A DNA stretch of 64,000 nucleotides from Saccostrea echinata (lineage: Eukaryota): the NCBI RefSeq assembly GCF_033153115.1, contig NW_026889821.1:2170001-2234000 (forward strand), in the 5' to 3' direction. The notes under the pieces were generated by a model. The model was not told the DNA's origin and did not search any database. It saw only the letters and a list, made by a program, of their open reading frames with translations. A program made the translations under genes and the position numbers. This document shows positions 12,981 through 26,073 of this stretch, one piece after another. Each line of letters starts with the position of its first letter. Position 1 is the stretch's first letter.

Positions 12981-13066
12981 TAATTAAACAGTAAATTATA
13001 TAACAGAATATTTAGTAACAATCAAAGTTTTTAAAATGAGTATTTGATAGAACTTCACAAAGAGCC

Positions 13067-13234
13067 NNNNNNNNNNNNNNNNNNNNNNNNNNNNNNNNNN
13101 NNNNNNNNNNNNNNNNNNNNNNNNNNNNNNNNNNNNNNNNNNNNNNNNNNNNNNNNNNNNNNNNNNNNNNNNNNNNNNNNNNNNNNNNNNNNNNNNNNNN
13201 NNNNNNNNNNNNNNNNNNNNNNNNNNNNNNNNNN
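13067..13234. other. Assembly gap (N)
   Basis: Run of N. Confidence 1.
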
Positions 13235-13432
13235 TTTTAAGAGTTCTTAAGGACTTTAAAGGTGTTTTTGCGAAGTGCCCCAATGTTTTATATATCATAA
13301 AATTTTCAAAACACATGCAGTAATGAACTACTTTTTCAGAGGTCCCTGATGGCTCTGCTAATATTTTGTATTGTTTCAATTGACCTTTGATCTCTATTCT
13401 TTATCTTCACATTACATATTTTCATACTTAAA

Positions 13433-13574
13433 TGTAACAGGGTAGGAGAAAATTTATGGCTGGGCATGGAATCGAACCTCAGACCCTGCAGTACTTGTCA
13501 GTTATCTGGAACCCTTGCCAATGAGCTACCCAGGCCGATATTCACGGTCCCAATCCCATAAAATTATTATTACA
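13433..13574 (-). mobile_element. Degenerate tRNA-containing solo LTR (Ajax-like)
   Basis: Minus strand TGTAA..GGCCTGGGTAGCTCATTGG..GGTTCGATTCC..TTTTCTCCTACCCTGTTACA. The end resembles the 40395 LTR (TTTTTCTCCTCTCCCATTACA). On + it is followed by the same PPT, AAGGAGGGAGGAA|TGT (13585-13600). Confidence 0.6.
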
Positions 13575-14549
13575 CTGCAAAGATAAGGAGGGAGGAATGT
13601 AGCGGTTCAGGCTTTCAGATCCCTGGATATTGACATGGTTAGCTCAGGGGTTACTATGAATATGATGCATTAAATACTTTCAATAAGTTTCTCGTGATAT
13701 TTTAACTCAGTAATTTAAGGAATATGTGTTCTCTGTCTCTCTGTTGACCACATGGCTTGAACGCTAACGGTTAAAAAAGCAACACATTTGTCGATCGGCC
13801 TAACATATGTACAAATATATAAAATTTTAGAATGAGGAAGTTTTAACTTGGTATATTCATTACAGGAAAATATCATTTAAAGTTAAGCGTTTCGAACAAT
13901 CATGCGTTGTCTAATTAGGAAATTTAAGTATCAAAAATAATAAAGGAAATAACATATTTCAAATAAGTTATTTCCTGGAGGAAACAATTTTTCCAACAAA
14001 TAATAACGACCTTTATATTCGGCGCATATGCCAAAAACTCTGTCAAATACAATCACTGATTGTAATAACACTATATGTACTTTTTGATCACATATATTTA
14101 TATTTTTATTTATTGATGAATTTCATTGTTCAACACGCTGAGCTGTTCATGTTAAATGTGATAATCTTTAAGTTCTGAAAAATATAAAGTGATCAAGTTT
14201 CATCCTTCCTCGTGCATGTATTAGCTACATAGTTTTCCTTCATCTTCCCCTATCATGATTTTAACCAAACAGCTTCATCTTACATCTGTAGCATGACTTA
14301 CACCCAACACCTTCATCTTATATCTAGCATGACTTACACCCATGTTATTTAAAAAGATTATTTGTTTAATTAATGATTATTTTATTTCTTATCCCTGAAT
14401 GCATTGACTTTGGAGAAAAAAAAATGAGAAACTGAAATTCAACAAAAACAGAACACATGCATTCAATTATTAAAAATTCAGTAATTAATTTAAATGATTT
14501 TTAGACATTATTTTCAAATATATAATAAAAACAACAATACAAGACGAAC

Positions 14550-14644
14550 TCTGCATCACACCCCATATTGACCCTCAACCAATATCAGCCTTCTAGCCTT
14601 CGGCTTATATTGGAGTTTCGGGTTGATATGGGGTGTGATACAGA
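14550..14644. repeat. ~95-bp palindrome/hairpin element end
   Basis: TCACACCCCATATTGACCC..CCAATATCAGCC pairs with GGCTTATATTGG..GGGTTGATATGGGGTGTGA. Confidence 0.7.
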
Positions 14645-14899
14645 TTTTGCCACGTAATATTATTCTCTATGTATCGCTAACAATTTATTCCATGTCGATT
14701 GTTACAGCTATCTCTCGTGATACTATAAAAATCGCTAAAATTACTTCGCGCTAAAAATATTTACCAATATTTTTGGATAAATCGCTACATTTGCGTCTCG
14801 CTAAAATTTCTTCTCATACGGTAAACCAATTTTTCCTATCCGTAGACCTTTTACGGCTTGGAAAGAATATATTGCCCATATTAACTAAATTAATATAAA

Positions 14900-15430
14900 C
14901 TGAACCAAACTTCTAAGTGTTCACCTAACATTTTTTAAGTTTTAAAAAAACAAATGCATCCAATAAATAATTTCTTTAATTCATGGTTAATGATGCATAT
15001 TTCAGTTCGATGTTGCGTAAATTTCGTGTAAGTATCTCGTCAGAATTTTAAGCAAAGTGTCAAGGACATGATGTACCCTCAAAATGAAAATTCACATAAA
15101 ATAATCTCTAAGGAATAAGACCCCTACTCGCTTAAATTACTGCAAGGCATATTCTTTTCTCATGGATACCATGTACCCCTGAATAGGATATTTGACCCAT
15201 CTGCTGCCGCACCTACTGCAAGGATCTTTCTAAACCGTTGAAATTGTGTGGAGGGGGGGGGGTTGCTTTGACATTCCTTACAAAATCCCAAATGTATTCA
15301 ATAGGATTCAGATCCGGGAATTTGACAGTACATCATCACAGATACCTTTTGGTCAATATTCTTCGGCGTTTCGCACGTAAGTGTACCTCTTTAAGGATGA
15401 TTCAGACTGTTTGAGATGATATTAGACTGC
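14900..15430 (-). mobile_element. Decayed Tc1/mariner transposase remnant
   Basis: 15320-15285 on the minus strand reads FPDLNPIEYIWD, the SPDLNPIE.W motif carrying the E of the Tc1 DD34E triad. The surrounding frame is broken and the boundaries are approximate. Confidence 0.65.
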
Positions 15431-16137
15431 CACCAGCACCAATTTTTTTATCATTTTCTTACCATTTAAGTCGTTTGTTTTAATGTTTCTAAAATTGTTT
15501 CAGGACAATGTAACAAACTTTTAACCTAGCTGTGATGCGAAACGTTGGCCTCAGACGAAGATCCAGATCACTTCCGGTTTGATGAAATTTTGTCCAAAAC
15601 TTTCAAATTGTGACAAGTTGGCGATGAAAATGACGCAGAACCTATAGAAAAATGTGTTTAAATGGGTTTTTATACTTGTTGTTAATTTTTAAAAGTAATA
15701 TCAAGGACAAATAAACACTAAAATAAAAGTGAGTAAAACATGGTGCAAGGATGATCCGGATAACAACATTCCAACGGCTCTCCCTCCTTTCTCAATGGTC
15801 ATTTTGCCAATGTTTTGTGTTTTTTAGCTGAACCAGCTTTCAAAAATTGAAAATGGTCACAAAAAGATGCTGATCACACAGAACACTTGTCGCAAAGTAC
15901 AGATTCATTGTTTTTACGCTTCGTCACGGTACATTGGTTTTCATCGGTGATAATTGATTTTCTTTCAACAATTGTTGAGAAGACTCGTTGGTTATAATAA
16001 TTTGAAAATATCATACCATTCTATCTTGTAGTTTTTAAATAAATACTTTTATTAGAGTGAACACTTAGAAGTTTTATTAAGTGTATATAAAATGCATTAT
16101 AACTCTTAAAAAATATCAATTTTATTATCCTAAATCT

Positions 16138-17091
16138 TTACTTTAAAAATGTCTTTGTTTCAGTTTCACCCTCAAATGTTAATGTGTCTGTCGTCATATA
16201 AACATTTTCATCAACAGATTGGCAAGGTCGCCTCACAAACTGCAGAAGTCCATTACGTTCTAGGTCTTTATTTTCAGAAAGAGTCACTGACGTCATTTCC
16301 GTACACATGGACTTAGGATCTGTATATTCCGCATTTTCTGAAGGATCTTTACACAAACTTTTATCATTTACACCCAGCCTTATGACGGTGTTTGAAATGT
16401 TTGTCGTGTACTGAGGTTGAATTAAGCAATCTATATTCGTTTCCCTTTGATTTTCGTCCTGCTTTTGAGTAAATTCCATTTTCATACTTTCAATTTCCCC
16501 TTTAGAGATTTGCAGGAAATCTGTTCTGCAGTATAATTTTCTAAACACAAGCGTGAGAAGGATCACAATAATGATTATAAATACTATATTGAATGAGAAA
16601 AGCGATAGTACTATTGGATGTAGAAATATGTCATAGGTTCTATTCTCCTTCGCTGATGATTTCATCGAAGTACCAAGGACCACAATAGAATTCTTTTTTC
16701 TTGATGAAGAGTTATGAGATACATCCAAATTTGTTGTTTCAAGGAGGGGAAATAGGGATGAAGTTGTAGATATCAAAAATGTAGTAATATTACCTAGAAA
16801 TTCATAGTCAAAATTAAGTAATTAAAACATGGTTATGAAACAATTTTGAAATGCAGAAAATGAATTATTAAGGCGTTCATTAGTCTCTTACTTTTACAGC
16901 CTGTGGAGAAATCACACAAGGATTGATTACATTCGCAGACTTGTTGACAAATTTCACCATAGGTTGGATAGGGACATTTTTCTTCACAATGTCGCCCGGT
17001 GTATCCTATATCGCATTCTGGATATATCATAATAATAAATCCTCAAAAATCCTGATTCTATTTTCTTTAATTTATTTCTTTTGTGTGCGTG

Positions 17092-17126
<35 letters not shown>

Positions 17127-17572
17127 AAAAGATTCATAAGCATATCAAAAGTATATTTAAAAAAGCATTAAGATATATTCTTTTTAAAATCAAAACCGGG
17201 TAATCTACATACTCGTGCAGTTTCCTATTTGTTCGTCCCATTTAAATCCCACACAACATTTCTCAGGTCTGTAGTAAATTAAAGTACGTGATTAAAACAT
17301 AATGTGCTCCGAAACTGATTGTCCAGAATGAAAAAGTATCTTTTTTTTGTTATCAAAATACAAAATGTACGTGTTGCATGTCGTTATGTCATTTTTTTTT
17401 ATCAATTCTGTAGCCAAAAAATACTTGGAAAAAAAAATGAAATTAAACAACAAACATTAACTCACCCATCACAGCTAGCCTCTGAATATTGTAGACAGTA
17501 GATCATCATAAAACAGCATTTTAAAGAAAAGGAATGTTTCAGCATATCAGTCTTTCCAGAAAAAGTCGTCAT
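16138..17572 (-). CDS. Gene C: MEGF/SCARF (CED-1)-like single-EGF type I membrane protein (~314 aa)
   Basis: Exons 17572-17466 (signal peptide; alternative ATG at 17545), 17268-17213 (PEKCCVGFKWDEQIGNCT), 17017-16892 (CDIGYTGRHCEEKCPYPTYGEICQQVCECNQSLCDFSTGC), 16793-16138 (S/T stalk, TM IVLSLFSFNIVFIIIIVILLTLVF, Tyr-containing tail). GT-AG, phases 2/1/1. Confidence 0.88.
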
Positions 17573-20500
17573 AAAACTTCCGTGTTTATAATTTGAAATG
17601 GGAAGGAAACTATCATCTCAGTACAAAACATTGGTATTGTAATAATGTTGGTGATATGGCTTAAGAATTTCGGTGTACTACCATCTACTGGTACTTCTAT
17701 AAACAAAATCAGTCAAATTGTGTCTAATGATGTCTTAGATTTCTTTTAAGAGATCTCTTCCTAGAATTTTACATTACTCATCTTAAATGATCAATAAATT
17801 GTCATTTTGGAAAAAAAGGGAGAATAGCTCAGGTCTTTAAATTTATACCTTTAAATAATATTCTTCTTTTTTTGCGAAATATTACATAAAAGTGTGATGT
17901 TACGCTTTAACAGCTATATTTATGGTCCGAAGTCTAATAGGTTTCCTTGAAAATCAAAAATGATTATTCATTTATATCTGTTCTCCACCGACAAAATTTA
18001 TATAGGATCCATAACCGTGTCCAAATGAGTTTTCCCGAACTCGAATCCCTTAAAATATAGATTGGCTAGAGTCAAGGATTTCCAAGTGTTTTAGACAATT
18101 TAAAGTTATTTAATTTTCAATTTCAAGTAAGAGGGAAAAAACCTAAATTAGAGAGTATATCTATGTATCGTATAGCAATTTCCTCCCTCAACAAAGCGGA
18201 ATTACTTTGAAGTTCGTGAATGATCTTTACCTTAGTGATTTCGGCATCCAATGAAATGCTGCAAGGATCGTGACAACCAATCAATCAGTCGGTGTTGTTT
18301 TTTTTTCTCTAAAAGTTAGAGAAATAATAATGATAATTAATGCGTAGGGGTAATGAAACATAAAGCGGCTATGAGAAAAACTTCCTTGTATAGCTTTAAC
18401 GCTTGTTTATTTGATATAAAATCCTGCCTTTAAATTCTGAACAATTTGAATTTCATTTATACCTTTATTCTATCATGATGTACATGCTTTATTTTAAAAG
18501 CTTTATATTTAGTTATTATGAAGATACGAATGTTTAAGGTATAAGCTATCTAACATCTATTAAATTTGGCCTATGAGAATTGTGAATGTGAATTACATTG
18601 TAAAAGTTCGAAAAAGTTATAAGACGGAATCCTTAAAAGCTTCATTCCATATCTTAACTTTTACTTGACTTATACATCACCTGTTTAAGTCTTTAACAAA
18701 AGTACCACAGGTAACGTATAATATCGCCTTATATATTATTATTTTTGGAATGCAAAGGTTTGGCAAATAGGGATACAAAAACCACCCACATATATGAAAC
18801 TTCTTTTAATACACCTTTTCGATGTTTAACTCTTTTTTCCGTTGAAAACCACATTTGATCTTTCCTTGAATCTCATGGTAAACATTATTCATAGCTTTAT
18901 GACATATTTTTTGGTAGATAAATTTAACACCTATTCTCTTTAAATAAGAAATCTTGTGAATAGATTTAGATACATTTTAAAACAACAGTGCTTTCAAAGG
19001 CTTCTGTCATGCAAAAAAAATAAAAAAAAACACAAAATAATAAACAGTTTATTGAGTTATAAAAGGAATTATTGAATACTTCTAAAATTAGATAAGGGGC
19101 AATTTAATGCACTTGAGAAGAATGAACAAGAAATCTGAGCTAATTCAGATAGGTTTATCCCCACGTTGGTCTGTCCAAATGCCGTGATTTGATCCTTTGT
19201 GGTTTTGAAGCAGTAAAGATATCATTAGAATAAGGATGGGTAGCTAGTATTGTAGCATTCAATTAGCAAACAAAAGGTTGAATTAAAATACCACATCAAT
19301 TTCTCCACTTCCTTACCCACGTTTTTAAAATATTTCAAAAGAACATGTACCTGAAGAATGTCAACAGACCAAAGACACGTGACAGTAACTTTTTAATAAT
19401 TACTCTTACGAAAAGCAAACCTCAACTTACATGTATTAACTCACTACTAATATTCTTACCAAACATCTGCAAAAACGTTTGTAGACAAGTTATGGTTGAA
19501 TCAAGAACAACATGTCGTCCCGAATTCCTTTTGGGGTTAAATATTTATGAAATATTTTTGGGGAAAATTTAAGCTTAGTAATTATAAATTGAAAATCTTT
19601 GAATTTAAAATAACCTCCGATTTCTAACGTACATTGTAGCTTTTAAATGGCATAATTGTCACGACACAAGTATCGATATCATCAAGTATGTTATCTGTGA
19701 AAACAGCGTTTTACAATAAAATCATATACCTTCCAAATATGGATAAGTAATTTCAATTCTTGAATTGATTAAACACATTATAATCTTACTCAAACCTCTC
19801 ATTTTTTCCTGGCTTTCATAAAAGACTCATATTTATTCTACAAAGGTACATCACCCAATTGGTTAAGTCGATTATAAAATTATATAAATTTATTTCATAT
19901 CAAACGGAAATTATTAAGTTATGATAAACACATTGTGTGGAACTTCTATTTGCACCATAAAGCTTATCAAAATGTAAAATACAACCATTTCAAGTCGACC
20001 CCTAACATCTGAATAACGTAGACAAGCCTAAAACAATAAACATCAATCAAAACTATCTGTGATTGATTGCTGTAATACACCAGCTTTTTAATTGAATAAA
20101 TATTTTAAAATATTCAAAAAATAAAATAATCAAAATGACAAATATATCCGCATCATTTGATGGAATATGAATTACAAAAACAACCATAAAACATGTATGC
20201 ATCAACACATGTTTGGAAGTCTTCATGCTTATTGATCACAACCTGCCGAAATATCTGCAACTCTTGGATTATTATAGTAATTATTCTTGAAATTAGGATA
20301 AATATCCCTAGGTCTCTCCGTTCTGGGACAGTCTACAACGAACTATCTTGTTACTATTAATCAATCTGTACACACTTGTTTGTGGAGATAAAATTGACGA
20401 GCATGCAACATCCGAAATTCTCATATGCTAGGACCCACCATTCTGAGAATTCTTCGGCAGACATATAGGGGAAGGCCTCCCTGACGACCTATCTAAATTA

Positions 20501-20825
20501 TAATGCAGGCATTTTTCTGTTTGCCCAGATTGATGACCAGTTTTACAAGATTAAAGAAACTTTTTCAATTGCATGCTTGGGCTTCTCATTAGGGGTGCTA
20601 AAATATTCGACTTTTTAAAATCGTAGGTTGTTTCAATTATGGGTCAATGTGATTTTTTAGTTTCACTGTATTAGAATTTACTGGATATCAAAATAAAGCA
20701 TTTTTTTTGTTTGAGTTATACATGACACATTTGAAAATTGTCTTTTTTTTACTCAAAGGACTTTCAGCAAAAATCTCTATCATGACTATCAGATCTTTAC
20801 AGGAATTGAAAATCCATCACCGTCA

Positions 20826-21230
20826 GGTCCCTGGGTACCGATAAGTAGGTCATATGTTGAAGAATACATTACAAATTGAAGGTTTAATACCAGTTAAAAT
20901 GGTTTCATGCTTTTACATACCCTTAACCAAAATTATAGAATTGATGTCCTCTTTTTCCGGTGATTAAACCTAAAGGATTGGGCCAAGTTCGTCATTTGTT
21001 CAAAATATCTTCAATCTTCATAGTTCAGGTACCAGAAATAAGACAAATATGATCAATATTGAAAAAAATCTTTTTTTTTCACTAATCAAGGTCATGTAGT
21101 ATATAGGTAAATTGTATGTGTGATTACAAAGACCGCAAAGTCCTGTACAGTTATTTTAAAATCAATGTCCATCGGGAACTGGGATCGGAATGGGGAGCTA
21201 CGTTTGTCATGTATTGAAATTTAATATAAA

Positions 21231-21317
<87 letters not shown>

Positions 21318-22077
21318 GCTTAAACTTTTGATATAAAAGGGTCAGAGATTATATGATAATGATTAAAGTGTCCTTCAAAATTATACAATTTGTGCCAGAC
21401 CAACTCCATGCTGTCGTTGCCTGAATAAACTCGTGATAATCATGTGCCTGGTCCCTGGATACCGATAAGTAGGTCATATGTTGAAGAATACATTACAAAT
21501 TGAAGGTTTAATACCAGTTAAAATGGTTTCATGCTTTTACATACCCTTAACCAAAATTATAGAATTGATGTCCTCTTTTTCCGGTGATTAAAATTAAAGG
21601 ATTGGGCCAAGTTCGTCATTTGTTCAAAATATCTTCAATCTTCATAGTTCAGGTACCAGAAATAAGACAAATATGATCAATATTGAAAAAAATCTTTTTT
21701 TTCACTAATCAAGGTCATGTAGTATATAGGTAAATTGTATGTGTGATTACAAAGACCGCAAAGTCCTGTACAGTTATTTTAAAATCAATGTCCATCGGGA
21801 ACTGGGATCGGAATGGGGAGCTACGTTTGTCATNNNNNNNNNNNNNNNNNNNNNNNNNNNNNNNNNNNNNNNNNNNNNNNNNNNNNNNNNNNNNNNNNNN
21901 NNNNNNNNNNNNNNNNNNNNNNNNNNNNNNNNNNNNNNNNNNNNNNNNNNNNNNNNNNNNNNNNNNNAAGGGTCAGAGATTATATGATAATGATTAAAGT
22001 GTCCTTCAAAATTATACAATTTGTGCCAGACCAGCTCCATGCTGTCGTTGCCTGAATAAACTCGTGATAATCATGTG
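20826..22077. repeat. Near-identical ~625-bp tandem duplication (20826-21446, 21450-22077) within a HINE-like 3' region; copy 1 has (TA)n, copy 2 spans a gap
   Basis: The copies differ at only a few positions. The HINE-type 3' end GGTCCATGGGGCCTTTGTTT follows at ~22085-22105. Confidence 0.85.
21834..21967. other. Assembly gap (N)
   Basis: Run of N located where copy 1 has its (TA)n tract. Confidence 1.
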
Positions 22078-22264
22078 GTGATCAGGGTCCATGGGGCCTT
22101 TGTTTAATACATGTATATCCCTATTGCCCCTTAACCTTAGCCTCGACTAAGTGGAAAACAAAGCTTGTTTTATTTTTAGACAATCTTCATTGACAAATGT
22201 TGATTATAAAGAAAATGATTTATAGTTAATCAATTTAAGCTAAATTCAGCTGTGTAAGTAATGT

Positions 22265-22400
22265 TTACAGTACTCATGAGAGGATGCTTACTCCTCCTAA
22301 GCACCTGATCCCACCTTTGATGTGTCCAGAGGTCTGCGTTTTTGCCCTTCTCAGGATTCGTGTTGTTTACTTTTTAAATAGATTGATCACTGTTCGTTAT
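22265..22400 (+). mobile_element. 3' tail of Penelope-like retroelement
   Basis: GGATGCTTACTCCTCCTAAGCACCTGATCCCACCT..GATTGATCACTGTTCGTTAT matches the reverse complement of the tail attached to the RT fragment at 62608-63211. Confidence 0.7.
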
Positions 22401-22401
22401 A

Positions 22402-23241
22402 TACTGAAACGCAAAAGAAACGCAACATCCTATTTTAGGGGGAAATATTATAAACAGGATATAATTTTGTATATAAAAGTAAGGATATCTTCAACTTTGT
22501 AAATATCGGAAATTTGACGCTTGAATGATTTTCATACCATTACCAGAAGTTAAGTCTGAGTCTGCTTAACAGAAATCAAAAATTGTATTTTTAACAAAAC
22601 ATTTGGCAATAATATGGTGCTTTAAGGGTTTGTATCTGTTCAGCATAAGTAATGCAGCAATATTCCGAAAAATAATTTTCTTCTTTCTTTTCCGTAAGCG
22701 ATGCCAAGGCTTCCTGAAAATGACTAAAGTACGTATTTCCATTGCTCTAGCTGGAAAATCTCAAAATAAAGGTGATGGAGAGTAGCAGATGCAAATATGA
22801 CCCACATCACGCTTCAAGAGGCTCTTCCGTATCATTAGCATGAATGAAAGTCCTTGGACCGGAAGTCCAAGTGTTACTTTACTGCGCTAGGCTAGAGAAA
22901 ATTCGAACTCATCATCTGAAAAACAGGCATTTAAAAATGGCAAAGAATGTTTCTTTCGCTCAGATCTCGAGATTGATGAACCTATTACATCGTAGAAATC
23001 AAGTTGCAATTGCTGTGCATGACAGTCTTGCACGCTGTAATTAAATGGCCGGGGGGGGGGGGGTGTTTTAACAGTCATTTGTTACTTTCTAAAGTTAAAA
23101 GACAATCATTTAACATTTTATCAAATCTTTGATGCTTTTAAATCGAGTTTTACCTTACTGTATTCATTTTTAAAAATCATTAGATAAAACATTCAAATAT
23201 TTGTAGATTATTGCTTGTTGCGTTTCTTTTGCGTTTCAGTA
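22402..23241 (+). mobile_element. Non-autonomous Tc1/mariner deletion derivative
   Basis: Perfect ~26-bp TIR TACTGAAACGCAAAAGAAACGCAACA / TGTTGCGTTTCTTTTGCGTTTCAGTA with TA on both sides. Internal decayed Tc1 N-terminal-like peptides (TGSPSVT, IRTHHLKNRHL). Confidence 0.85.
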
Positions 23242-24844
23242 TATTTAACCATTACATCGATCACTGTTTGTTATCTTCCCCTTTTAACTTATATGCTCTT
23301 CTATTTCAATAAATACATCCTATGTGAACATTAAACTATATGACCCTGAATATACAGTCATAGATTAAATATATTTTCACAGAATTTACACCTACTTCAT
23401 GAATTGAATAGTTTCCATTTTTTTTTCTTTTCAGGACAGAGGTCATCTGCACTAGCACCCACTCAATGTGCAGATTTTTAGATAAAAGGCCGAACTGCAT
23501 TTAAGCTTCCTTGTGTATTTTCCCCCAAATCGTTATTTCTACTTTTGATCATGACTTTTCATTGGCTAAAAAAAGTTGTAGGGCGGTTCTTTTCAAAATT
23601 AGGATTTCATCAGAACAAAATGTAAGAACAATTTCAACATTTAAAGAGCCATTGACATGTTTGCTAGAATAGATTCAGGCTTGATTATATTACATGTATC
23701 ACTTTTACTATATAAATCAACTTAGAAACACTTGGATGATGATGAAAGAATCATAATAAGTCATATTATTTTCAAAATCAGTTAAAAAATAGCCATCCTA
23801 TTTATGATAACCTTTTGATACTGTACATGGTACAAATAACAATGCAATTATTGAGTCTATTTCTTGTATTCCAAGAATTTATTTTTTTTTTTTTTTTAGT
23901 TTTGGATATATTAGTTTACATAACAAAATAAGAAATCTATTTCAGAAATTCCGTCTATGCTTTTATCTACGATAATTTAAAAATGTTCATTAATTAGACT
24001 GGCAAGGAACTATTCTAAATTAAACAGTAATTTGACCTTTGATATGAGATACACATTTTACACCTGTAAGTGATCGAGTATTACCTCATTTTTTTTTTTA
24101 TCATCGGCGTGTTAGGACAAATCTTTCATGCAAGGTAGTTACAGAATACTTATTCTGTATTCTGATAATTTGCTAAAGTACTAAGGATGTATTGTTAATA
24201 ATCTATGTAGGGCAAAGCAATCTCGGAAAACTTCTCCCTCCATTTTCTTCAATTTGAGCTAAAAATCTGATTATGATCGTAAAGCAGCTTAGAGTGTACA
24301 ATTACAAAAAGAAATTCTTTTTATAAAGCATCATAGAACATATTTCACTTATCGTTATTTGAGGTAAAAGATATATCTGAAGTGGAGATATGAAAGTAGG
24401 GGAAAATGTACATCCGACACTGAAACAAGAAACTCATACACAAGAAATGGATTTTCCAGGAAAGCATGTTCCGATCGCTTACATTTTTCTTGTAATCGCG
24501 ATGACTGGCAGAATTAAACATTCAGAACAAAAACAGTTATGAGAGACCTTGACAATATCCGTGTATACAGAATGTGACAATTTGAATAAGCAGTTATCGA
24601 CATTTTTATTTTATATTATAGGTATGGTAGGACATTTAAATTGTTCATCCCACTTTATTCTGTAGCAAAAGTAAACATATAGGAAGTATGTTTCTATTTT
24701 CGGACGCATAGCACATGTTTAGACTTAAAAGCATTAGCAGTTTATTTAGAGGTTAGATATGTCAAAAGACTACACAAGAGGTAAATGATTACTTGTTCAA
24801 GATTTTATGTTATAATTAATATATTCTACAAGAAAACTTGATTC

Positions 24845-25160
24845 ATGAGTTTTTAAATTTTAACTTTGGTCATAACTTTTGATTGGTTGGAGCTATGGCT
24901 TTCATATTTCACATGTGACAAGATCTTCCATTGCGTTAAAATATTTTTACCTCTTGCCTTGACCTTGGAGTTTAACCCACTTTACATAAACTTTAACCTT
25001 TGTCCATAACTTTTGAACGGTTGGTACCAGGGCTTTCATACAGTATTTTATATGTGCAAGACTTTTCCTTGGGTACCAACAATTTTGACCCTTTGTCCTT
25101 GTCCTAGGAGTTTTGCCTACTTTTGAAAAAACTTTAACCTTGGTCATAACTTTTGAAGAC
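24845..25160. repeat. Tandem ~115-125-bp units of Helitron-N/satellite type
   Basis: AACTTTAACCTT.GTC(C)ATAACTTTTGA recurs three times, with TGACCTTGGAGTTT-like spacers. Confidence 0.6.
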
Positions 25161-25977
25161 TTGGTGCTCAAATTATGTGAAATTGTCATTTATTAAAACT
25201 CCAATTATGTGAAATTGTCATCAATATTGAAAGTAACATTTAACCAGAAATTAACTTTGAAAATTACTTGAATTTATATCATTAATAGTCTGGGATTTTA
25301 TCGAAAAATAGACTAATAAGTATAAATTGACTAGTCAAACTGTAAAAACCACACTATCAAAACATACTGATTAGCCTAGAAGGACAGATCCCAGTGAATT
25401 TTATAAATTTTGAAAACACCCAGGATATATAGCAAAAGGGTGGTTACGAGACGTCCAATCAGACAATAAAGCAAGGTTAGATGCCATCTAATTTTGCGAG
25501 TTTCTGCTTGATATTTCTCTTTACTCCGAGAATTTCATTTTTTCCCCTATAAGATCTCTGTTATAGAATTTATACCATCTGTGTCTTTGTATCTGTTCAG
25601 GTTTATGTATTATGCACGATTTTTACATGTTCAATTGATCAGGTAGCTTGCATACACCTGAACAATAATGGCAGTTATCATTGATATATGTATCCGATAA
25701 TTTACATATTAACAATGTCAAACTGCCGATAATTATTAAGTTTGCTTCTTTTCGGGGGCTTTCTGAAAACCCTGGAACATGTGTGGTATCCACTTTAAAA
25801 ATGGACAGAGTCCTTACCTTTCCTACAACAGAGATGTATTGGGTTGAAAGTAAAAGAATGAAGGACTGTCAAGAAGTTAGACTGCCTAAACTGCAATTTA
25901 AGTGCTGAAAGATTCTGTTATCGCTGTGTTATCCATGAGTGGCGAAATTCGACAATAGATTTGTGTGCACCGCTCAG

Positions 25978-26073
25978 ACTGGAAGTTAATGTAAATATTG
26001 AGTATGTGCATGTATAAAAAAGGACCTTTTTATACATGCACAAACTCAATATACATTTACATTAACTTCCAGT
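25978..26073. repeat. ~96-bp palindrome
   Basis: ACTGGAAGTTAATGTAAAT..TTGAGT.TGTGCATGTATAAAAAAGG pairs with CCTTTTTATACATGCACA.ACTCAA..ATTTACATTAACTTCCAGT. Confidence 0.85.
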
